Shown: positions 12,491-23,300 of the stretch, piece after piece
Numbering within the stretch: position 1 is the stretch's first letter
Layout of the letters: each line of letters starts with the position of its first letter
Assembly: GCF_001194135.2 (NCBI RefSeq)
Contig: NC_068985.1
Span: forward strand, 122,253,052 to 122,317,051
Source of the DNA: Octopus bimaculoides
Taxonomy: Eukaryota
Direction: 5' to 3'
DNA: 64,000 nt
Notes under the pieces: generated by a model
The model's database searches: none
What the model saw: the letters and a program-made list of their open reading frames with translations, nothing else
What the model was told of the DNA's origin: nothing
Program-made: the position numbers and the translations under genes

Positions 12491-13633
12491 AGGTAACTTT
12501 ACCTTTTTTTTTACCTCTTTGACTAATTGATAAAAAGCAGGAAAAAAAAGACCAGCTAGAATCATCCTTCTAAGGATCAGAAAAAAGGAAAATATATCCT
12601 GTCTTCTTTTCCAGAGACAATGCATCTAGAACTACATGGCCCAAAGTGTTCATTCTTATTTATGGTAGAAGAGTGTCTTTTGAAGGATATTTGGCTGTTA
12701 TTTCTAACAGATTGAGCAACTATGAGGAGGATCCCTTGTAATTAGAGCAGCAAATTGTTTTTATTGCTTATTCAGAAGGGAAGAGAATGATTCTTTTATA
12801 AGGTCTGAAAAATACGAGGTCAGGAACAACCTTTCTCTCCCTAATTAACTGGTAAAAAAAACTGAAAAAGAGGACCAGATTGAAGCATACAGTCAAGTTC
12901 AAATCTCACTAGGTTTGGCTTTACTTATCCCTCTAAGGATGATAAAAAAGAAAAGAAAAATATTAAGGATCGCACTAGCCAATGTCTTCCCCATTTTCAA
13001 AACAACCAAAATGTGATTTGAGAAAGATTGGTTGCTATTTTTAGCAGTTCAAGGAATGAAATAGAAGCTCTCTTATTGGCTCATTCATAAGAGAGTAGAA
13101 TTTAGATTCACTGACAGGAGTTTAAAATAATTGCTTTAAATGTTCAAGACCATTAAGTCCCTACCAACATATGCTGTGACAGAATTAACAACAATATATG
13201 GTGCTAAAGTCTATAGTTCAATATACTTACTGACATTGTTGAAAACAACATAGATAATTATTTAATGTAGTAGTGTAGTGTGTCAAATTGTGTGTGTGTG
13301 TGCGTGTGTGTATGTGCGCGCGCATGCATGCATGAGTGTGTATATGATATGTATATGTATGTATATGTATATGTATATATGTCTATATATATATATATAT
13401 ATATATATGTATAAGGGATGGCGTTTTGCGAAATTTTTCTGGAGAACATTATTTTTCTTTGTGGTTGGGTTGTTGATGACCTCTTTCTAGTATATTGGAT
13501 GTCCACCTAGTGGTCATCCATTATACACGTGTAATACAATTTTTTCTGAATTTTCAGATTTTTTTATATGCTAGGCCACTTGGTTTTAAATTGAATTAAT
13601 ATTCAATTTATCACCCTATCTATATAAATAATA

Positions 13634-13677
<44 letters not shown>

Positions 13678-13689
13678 TATATATCATTA

Positions 13690-15240
13690 TTTTCATCATC
13701 ACCATTTAATGTCTGCTTTCCATGCTGACATGGGTTGGACGGTTTGACTGGAGCTGGCTAGGCAGAAGACTGCACCAGGTTTCAGTGTCTGTTTTGGCAT
13801 AGTTTTGTTTTTACAGCTGGATGCCCTTTCTAACACCAACCACCCTGCAGAGTGGACTAAATGCTATTTAATGGCATCAGCCCAGGCGAGGTCAGTTTTG
13901 GCATGGTTTTTACAGATGGACGCCCTTCCAAATGCCAAGCACTTTATAATGTTGACTGGATGCTTTTTACATGGCACCAGCACTGGCAGGGTTACCAAGT
14001 AACTTGCAAGATAAAAATCTTTTGAGAGAGGAGGGGGCATTGGAGGAAATGATCTTGTGCCAGATGATGGAAGGTTAGAGTGTGACAGAGAGACAGAAAC
14101 AGGTGTCTTGCTGTAGAGGAGGTACATGGTTATCCAGTTAGGGAAAGAAAGAGAGAGGGGAGGGGAGGGGGGGGAGAGAGAATGGTCAAGAATGAGGACA
14201 GAAACAGGCATGTTGCTGTAGAGGAGATACATGGTTACCCAGCAACAAGGAAGAGCAAGAGAAAGAGAGAGAGAGGAAGTGGAAGAGAGCAGGAGAAAGA
14301 TGGTGGTGAAATGCCCGAGCATACTCACAAGGAGTAGGGATCAGAATATAAATGGGATGGTAGGGCAGAGCAAGAGAGAGATAGATGGTGGGGAAGTGCC
14401 TGGGTGTACCCTCAAGGTACAGGGGTCAGAATATGAATGGCTGGGTATTGCCAAAGGTGCATGAGTAGGGAGTAGAGATTTTACATGAATGCCAAGAGTG
14501 TGGGGGTGGGGAATGCGGTGACCGGTGAAACCTGGGTATATGGAGGGGAGGTGAACTACAGAATAGCATTGATACAGTGAGGACAGGATTGGGCAGCAAG
14601 AGGTAAGCATAGCGTATGAAAAGAGGAAATGTGAGGAAGAGAAGAGTTTGTTGAATATTTATATACATCATCATCATCATCAAATGTCCATTGTCTATGC
14701 TGGTATGGGTTGAATGGTTTGACCAGAACTGGCAAACTAGAAAGCTGCACCAGAATCCAGTCTGATTTGGCATGGTTTCTAATGCCAACCATTTTACAGA
14801 ATGTGCTGGGTACTTTTATGTGGCACTACACTGGCGCTTTTACATGGCACCATCATGAGTATTTTCACCATCAGAGGAACCAGTCTTAACACTTCTGCTG
14901 TAGAGTATAGGTCTTTTTGAGTACGGCAAGGTGCCAGGCATCATGGTCCTTTGTCTTCTCACCTAAAAGGATACTAATCCTGAGGTCATTCTTCAGTATT
15001 TCATCCCATGTCTTCTTGGGTCTCTCACTTCCACATGTTCCATCTGCTTTGAGAGATCAGCACTTCTTTATGGAGTTGTCGGCGTCCATCCACATCACAT
15101 GACCAAACCAGCAGTCTTCTCTCTTGCACACAGCAGCTAATTCCTTTTATGCCTAATTTCTCTCAAAACACTAGCGCTTTGTCAAATATGTACACTTACA
15201 TTACAGTCCCACGTGGTGCTCTGCTCCGTCTCATGTTGCA
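13690..15240 (-). mobile_element. Cluster of RTE LINE 3-prime fragments with a purine-rich spacer
   Basis: Two (CAT)n...TTTAATGTC...CCATGCT RTE tails (about 13690 and 14665), plus an ORF2 C-terminal remnant at 14900-15240. Confidence 0.7.
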
Positions 15241-15254
15241 GACTCACAGCGCAT

Positions 15255-15475
15255 GACATTCCAGCTCCACCAAATGAAACCTTCACTGCACTCAATTGGT
15301 CTTCCCTGTCCATCTCAAGGTACAGTGCCAGTGTGCTTCCCTCCAGGTACAGGGCCATGAGACCCGCTACATTATCAATGCCTTGTAACCTGGCCACTAC
15401 TTTGATCTTACAGATCCAAGCCACCACATCTCCTTCACCATAGAAAGGCCTTATGGCATCACTGCCATCACATGG
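15255..15475 (-). mobile_element. LTR-retrotransposon gag-like N-terminal fragment
   Basis: RPFYGEGDVVAWICKIKVVARLQGIDNVAGLMALYLEGSTLALYLEM. Confidence 0.6.
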
Positions 15476-16319
15476 AAGGGGATAACAACAGAGAAATATA
15501 GTTTTACTTGATTGCCAAAATAACATGTTGTGCGAAGGGGAAATAAGAAACAATTCTTTGAAACGCCTAGTTTTAGAATAGAGGCATCTGATGAAGGAAT
15601 AATTCCAGAAGTGGCTTGTCTGTTTTCCTATATGTTCGTTCTGTTGTCTGTAAACAAAGTCCGTTTTGTTTTTATGTCCCCGTTCATTTTCCTAACGTCC
15701 TGTACCCGGATATGCATCTATATATTAGATGTAGGTATGTACATATATGTATGTATACATGCATATGCTTATATATCATTTGTATTATGTATATATATAT
15801 ATCAGAAAGTTATGGGTAAACAAAGTCGGGTCAGGGACACATTTGTGTAGGTATACAACTGTAAGTTTGATTAGAGAAAAAACTTTGGCTTCTTTCCCTT
15901 GACAAGCAAAACACCCAAACAATAGACTTTCAAGGATTCATATTTCAAGGGAGGTTACACTGATATACATTACGCGAGTTATCTCCCTTGGAATGTACAT
16001 TTTTTTTCTTTCTTCATATGCACGGTTGTAAGTTTTGTTTATTTTCGGATGTATATTTGGAGGTTATCACATTTCAATCAATTTATAAACAAATATAGTT
16101 GTTTATAAATGGATCTGAATGTGACAATATACACCTGCAAAAGAAGCAAAACTTGTAACCTCGTATATAAGCCGAAGAAACTAATCAACACATTATGTTC
16201 AGATTGCGCGTGTATGTGAACCCCTTCAAGTGATAGATGTTTAGTCGAAACTTTAAAATTGGGTCTCCCATACATAATGCGACTTTTTCAATTGCATGAA
16301 CTAAATCTCGGAGGAGGAT

Positions 16320-17165
16320 GAGATAAACTACCTGCTTCAACTTGCTATAAAAGCTGGTAGTAATTTAACTTGCCCTTATTCTTGGTGCAAGTTTTGAAGA
16401 GTGCAGTTCGATTTTAGCAGTTATTTTTTCAAAGCTATAATGGAAGTGATGAGGGAGCATATTCGGCATATTTTGCTTTACGAGTTCAATAAAAGCAACA
16501 ACGCAACGGAAAGTGGGAGGAATATTAATACAGAATACGAGGATCGGACAATAAGTGTAAGCCAGTGTCAATGGTGGTTCCAGAAATTCCAAGCCGGAAA
16601 CTACAGCCTATAAGACGATCCTCGTCCTGGAAGATCTATAGAACTCGATGAGAACGTCCTGCAAACCCTGGTGGAAGAAAATCCCAGCATAACTGTTGAA
16701 GAATTAGCAGAGAAGCTTGGATTTGGTCATTCAACCATTCATCTACACCTGAGTGCCATCGGAAAAGTCAGTAAATTGGGTCAATAAGTTCCTGTCATGT
16801 CTCACGAATAGACTGAATAGTGACTGGTGGTGAGAAATGGTTCTCTATAAAACTGTCAAGCACCGAAGACAGCGAGTAGGGAAAGGAGAAACACTGGCAC
16901 CCAGGCTAAAGAAGGTCTTCACCCACATCAAATGTTATCTGTTTGGCGGAATATGAAAGGTTTTGTCCACTTTGAACTTTTAAACCAAAAACAAACGATA
17001 ACAAAGGAAATCTACAGCAAGCAGCTTGGGCGGCTTAAGTCAGCGCTAGAAGAAAAATGACCATTTTTAGTTTCAAGATGAAAGGTGTTCTTCCATCAGG
17101 ATAATGCTCAGCTACATAGAATGAAGATGACAAGGCTGGAACAGTTTGAATGGAAACGATATGCC
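16320..17165 (+). mobile_element. Mariner (Mos1/SETMAR-like) transposase pseudogene
   Basis: ATG 16440 MEVMREHIRHILLYEF...WFQKFQAGNYSL*DDPRPGRS...EELAEKLG...STIHLHL, then IVTGGEKW-like and HQDNA motifs. Contains stops and frameshifts. Confidence 0.92.
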
Positions 17166-17919
17166 ACCCACCATATTTACTGTTTAGTGCAAGTGAGCCA
17201 TCATCCATGCAGACACATTTCTCTCCTACGACATCACGATTCTCTCCCACACACTGCATCATGGTGCATGCATAATGGGTTTAGTATTGGATTATATGGT
17301 CACTAGTTTGGCAGCTTTAACATCACAACTATTGTACCTTGAAATAAAATAATTGCATATTACAAATGACAAGGAAACAAAACTATCACTTATACAAACC
17401 ATAATCCTGAAATAAAGAATAGAAAGTAGATGGGGACGGGTGGGGGGAAGGAGAACAAAATTACAGATTTAGAAGTTAATGTGGGTGTAATGAAAAGAAA
17501 AAGAGCTTGCTGAAAAATGATTGGTAGGAATTCACAATTTGACTGAATTTGAACAAAAAAATATTTATTACCCTTAAAAAAAAAGAAAGAAAAAAAAAAA
17601 GAAAAACAAATTATCAGTTTTCATTTATTATATTATTTACAATAAAATTTCTTGTGTGTGTTTGTGTGTGTGTCCCCGTCTGGTCAGCAGCGGAAGCTGT
17701 ACATCTGTTAAGTGTCCATTCCCCAGAAATTGAGGAGACGGACATAGGAAAAACAAAAAGACCTCAGGAAGTGGAAATTATTTTTGATGAGGAACAAGTC
17801 AAGTACAGCATCATTCTGTGTATATATGTTTGTATGTATGTGTGTGTATATATATATATATATATATGTGTGTTAGAGATGGGCAGCAAGGTGAGAGAGA
17901 GAGAGAGAGTGAAAGGAGT

Positions 17920-17955
<36 letters not shown>

Positions 17956-19199
17956 GTAACCAGAAAATGGGAAGACAAATGTAAAAAAATGAATGACTCA
18001 ATGCATTTGAAATTAATGGTTTGTGGTTTGAGGTGTTGACAGCAGGGGTTGGGGTGGACACCACGGTAAGAGACAACCATATAAATGGTTAAAAACAATG
18101 TGTTATGAATATCTGTGACTGAGTGTTTGTGTGTATGTATGTTGAAGAAAAAAAAAGGAGAGAAAGAGAGAGAGAAGGAGAGTAAAGTCGATGATGAAGA
18201 GATGGTAAAAATCTAAGACAGATGTAGCAATGAGAAAAGGAGACAAAAAATTAATTAAATAATAAGCAACCCCCTTCCTACCTTTCTAACTGATTGCTGT
18301 AAAGGACATCAATCCTCTTCCCCACCCCACTCACACAAATCCCTACAGTACTAAACTCACTCATTCCAGATGTGAATAAAAATCATTGTTGTTTAGCCCT
18401 AGCATTCCAGCCACAACCAGTCTTCTCCAAGTTTATCTAGGACATATTGTGTAATGCGTGGACACAAGAATGGCTGAGTGGTTAAGCAGCTCACTTTGCA
18501 ACCATGACATGCCATGTTCAATCCTAACAATGGCATCCAGGGCAAGTGCCTTTTATTATATCCTCTGGTCAACACAAGCCCTATCAGTGAAACTGAGTAG
18601 ACAGAAATTGTGTAGGAGTCCAGTGAATGGACTCTACCTGCAATTCAAAGGTCCAGCCTCATCATACGTCTGTCAAGCTGATTTTTTACCTGAGAATTAC
18701 TGTAAAGGTACGTGTTTGTTGAATATTCAACCACTTTTCACACCTATTCAACAAACAGATTGTCCAGCTGAGAGAACAACTGGATATCCATACATCAAAA
18801 TTGATGTAAAGTGAGAATTTATCATCATGTAATGTGCCCTTTTCCTATTTTAGACAGTACGGTGTTAACTTGAAAGGGGTTCTAGTTATTTTTTAGCAGG
18901 CTGAACCATCATGAAAGAAGAGACTTCCTGTTTGACACCTTATTTATTTATTTATTGTATTGCCGGCCCATTGGTTTACTGCCTCACTCCTTGTTTTCTT
19001 AGGTACACGCTATATATTTGTGTGACAGAAATTATGATGAACGGTTTATTCAATGCAGTGTTGAGGTTGTGCACCATGTTGCTTCAGATTAGCAAGGAAA
19101 GAGAAATGAGAGAGAAAAGAGAAATGCAATGGCTGATTGACTGATATATTTTCATCTGCACATGTATATAATTGTTCTCCATATGTATATGTGTTTGTA

Positions 19200-19207
19200 T
19201 GTATGTA

Positions 19208-19287
<80 letters not shown>

Positions 19288-19421
19288 TTTATATATATAT
19301 ATACACACATATATATACATACACACACACATACATGTGTATGTGTGTATGTATGTATACATACACACACACACACATATATAAATATGGGTAAATATAC
19401 ATATATACATTTATTAGTGAA

Positions 19422-19458
<37 letters not shown>
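19200..19458. repeat. Long (TA)n/(CA)n/(TG)n microsatellite block
   Basis: About 30 consecutive TA units at 19217-19279, plus CA and TG tracts. Confidence 0.98.
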
Positions 19459-19459
<1 letters not shown>

Positions 19460-19742
19460 TATATATTTCACAGAAACACGTGTTCGCAGAGTGCATGTCT
19501 AGTAGAGTGTAAAACGCACCTCCTCTGTCATTCAGAGCTCACAATGTATAAAATGAAATTGTGGAGTTGATGGATGCTTGATAAGAAAACTGTCAATAGA
19601 ATAAAAAAAATTAAAAAAATTAACATTTAAAGACGTCTTCTCTTTAAGCAGAAACATGTGACTTTGTTGACATGATTAGAATCTGAATATGTCTTTTGTG
19701 GAATTGTTTTTTTTTTGTTTTTATTTTTACTTTGTCTTTCTT

Positions 19743-19824
19743 NNNNNNNNNNNNNNNNNNNNNNNNNNNNNNNNNNNNNNNNNNNNNNNNNNNNNNNNNN
19801 NNNNNNNNNNNNNNNNNNNNNNNN
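19743..19824. other. Assembly gap (N run) inside the probable USP22 3-prime UTR
   Basis: 82 Ns. Confidence 1.
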
Positions 19825-20296
19825 TATACAAAGCAAGACATCTGCTTTTCTCACAAGAATAAACATTACTGGATGGGGAAGGGAGGGGAAGGGAGGGGAA
19901 GGGAAGAGAGATAAGGGATAAGAGTGGGGGAGAAGTGTTGGAAATAAGGTGGGGTTGGGGGTAGGTTTAAAAAAAAAAACTCAATAACATATCTGTTGGC
20001 CAGACGGTGGGCAGAGAAACAGCCAAGACTTTTGGACAATGACAGCCAAAACATGGCACTGAAAAAATTTTTTTCTGGTGGGTAGAAGATGGTGGCGGTG
20101 GTGGTTGGTGGATTAACATTTACTCCTCGCCACTACCACTACCCATCCTGCTCCACCCCTCATTTTTTTTCTTCCATTTTGCTCTGTAATTATAGCCAAA
20201 GTAGAAACCAGAGGTGTGATTACAACAGCAGTAGCAGCAGATAAAAAGTCTTATGTTTTTGTGTAGTGTATGTGTGTATCAGTCTTCGTAAGAATG

Positions 20297-20339
20297 TCAT
20301 TCATATTCCAAGATCTGTTTGTGGTAGAACAGCAAATAC
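20297..20339 (-). CDS. USP22: USP22 exon 13 ([13 protein letters not shown] stop)
   Basis: Acceptor tttttgtctag, TGA at 20299-20297. Confidence 0.97.
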
Positions 20340-23300
20340 CTAGACAAAAAAAGAGAGAAAGAGAGGAAAATAAATAATGAACATTAAGCAATGGTTAATC
20401 ATATATTACTCTTGAAATGATCATTAACTCAAAATGCAAATTTATATGACATTACAAATTGAAATCTCAAAATATGAGGTGCTATCAAAAAGTTCCAAGA
20501 CCTGGCCTAAAACAATGTACATCCTCCATTGGTTACGACAACAAGGGTTCCAGTTGATCCTATCAATGGAACAGCCTGCTCGTGAAATTAACGTGCAAGT
20601 GGCTGAGCACTCCACAGACACGTGTACCCTTAACGTAATTCTCGGGGAGATTCAGCGTGACACAGTGTGACAAGGCTGGCCCTTTGAAATACAGGTACAA
20701 CAGAAATAGGAAGAAAGAGTGAGAGAAAGTTGTGGTGAAAGAGTACAGCAGGGTTCACCACCATCCCCTGCCGGAGCCTCGTGGAGCTTTAGGTGTTTTC
20801 GCTCAATAAACACTCACAATGCCCGGTCTGGGAATCGAAACTGCGATCCTACGACCGTGAGTCTGCTGCCCTAACCACTGGGCCATTGCGCCTCCACACA
20901 ATGTACACCAATACTCCATTAAACAGTATGTGACCCACTATGCAAACACACATAGATACTCCCCACTTGGCTAGTGATATATGTTGTCAGGCCCTCTGAT
21001 TTGAGATTTTTTTCTCTCCAGAATTCTTTCTCTAATTTGTTAATGGCACCATGCCAGTATAAGATGGAAAAAATATTTGTGGCATTTTTCATGTTTTTGC
21101 TATATTTGAGAACTGATTTTTCAATGGTATTTAAGAACTTTTGCTTAGTGATATTGACACACAGTCATGTTGTTATAGATCAGCGGCATGAAAAATATAA
21201 CAGAGTAGAAAAAGACTATGTATGCATAATGAAACACCATGCAACAGATTATCACATCGAGAGATGAGAAATCCAAGCTCTCTAGCATAGAAGAGATAGT
21301 GAAATAAAAGCTCTGGAGAAAATGCAAGAAACTCAATTGTCTGGAGAAGTGGTTCTCAATCATTTTTTTTATCTCTGGATCCCTTTGATTACTGTTTTAC
21401 TCTGGTGGACCGCCATAGCCATTTGATGTTTAAAAACTAATTCTTATAGATATTGCCTTCAAAATTCTTATTCTTTTCTGTTATTCACAAACTCAGTTGC
21501 ATAGGTTGAACTATGTAAAATGTTAGAGAAAGAAACCTAGCTGTTTCTTGCAAAACATGCATTTAAATCAAAACTTTTCAAAGACCCTTAAAATACTACT
21601 GTAGATCTTCAATTCAATATTTTGCTAGCATAGAACCCCCAAAATCTTATATGAACCCCCAGTTGAGACAATGGTCTAGACAAATACTCTTACAGTTGTG
21701 TAATAGTATGAAAAACCCGACGTAAATGTAAGATGCAGAAACTGGACACCATTTCTTACAGTTGATGACAGACACTAATGAAGGAGACTGATAACGATGA
21801 TTATGTCTACGGTTTGACTGTTGTAATTTTAAATACTCCTAATTGTTTTATTGTAATTTAGGTTGGATGTGAATAACTCGTATCTTTTAAATGTAAGGTA
21901 TTTCCATGCCTTTTTGTCTTTATTTATTTTAGCCAAGAGAAGAAGGTTAACAACCATAACCTTTTTGGAAAGCTTCTGAGGCAGGTAGAGAAAAATGAAA
22001 ATATCATGTTCTCAGACTAGAGATCTAGTTCAAGTGTTTACGGGAGAATGGATTAAATGTAGCTGAAGACCAGGTGGTGATGTTAAACCAAAGAACAGGT
22101 TTAAGTCTACCTTTCAAGACAGCTATAGTCCAACTACATATATACTAGATGTACCCACCATGATCCGTTGGGTCACAAACACTCCAAGTTGAAAATGTTG
22201 ATGTGCAGCAGGATAGGAAAAAATACTATTTTGAACTTCATGCAATAAAATTCTTAAATAATACAGTTTTCCTGCCCTTGGTGTGACAACATAAACATGA
22301 CCAAATGTTTCTTCTTTGAAAACGTTCAAATAACCGTCAACATTTTTTCATCGCTTTCTTCTTTGCCATCCTTTGTTACTACTGTTCTAAATGAAATACA
22401 TGGGTACTTCAGCATAAAGTAATGTTTTTGCAATGTCATCATTGATGCACAATGAAAAAGAATTCTGTCAATGTTGTTCTCATATGTCGTTCATTGACAG
22501 CCATATACATCCTTATTACATCTGAGCAATATTTTTGTTCATCTGGTAGATCAACTTGCAGCTTCACTATTGCAGATGCTCTTTCATGAAGTGAAAATCC
22601 TAAGATGGATGCAACTGCTTCAGATGGTCCAGTATACCTACCCATTAGATATTGACTAATTTCGTTATAGCAGATTGGTAATTTCTTTTCAGCATGTATT
22701 TGATGATGAATTTAATTGACCTCACTGAAGCAACAATTTCAACATTGTAGTGGCATTTGAATGTTCTTAAAAGAGTCTCATTATAAGGTACAACCCATTT
22801 GTTGTTTGTTTTTCCATTCTTATGAGATTCAACTCCTCCCATTGCAACTGATCTGCATCTATAAAAAGACAATCTCTCTGTCTGCTTTTCTGTCTTTTGA
22901 TTAAGATGATAAAAATTAATATTTTATTTTAAACTAGCAGAGGCACCCGGCGTTGCTCGGGAATGAAATTGTTGCTTATATACTTGAAGAAAAAAAAGGC
23001 AAAATATGCTGTATAGAAATTTGAGGACATTCTGTAGATGGACTCTCAGATGAATGATGGCTGGGCGCCTCTCATGAATGGGGAAAATTGAAGATGTGCC
23101 AAAAAGCCTCATGGTACTTGAAAACTTTTACGAAAATTAAAGTGGGGATTAAATGAAAAAAATGATTTACGTGAATATCCTCACAAGAGTAATTGAAATA
23201 AATGGCGATTGTGGAACCTCCCACGCATACACACGTGTGTCTTTGTAAATATGTTTGTATACATTTATGTATGTGTGTGTTTGTAAGACACAGAGTGTGA

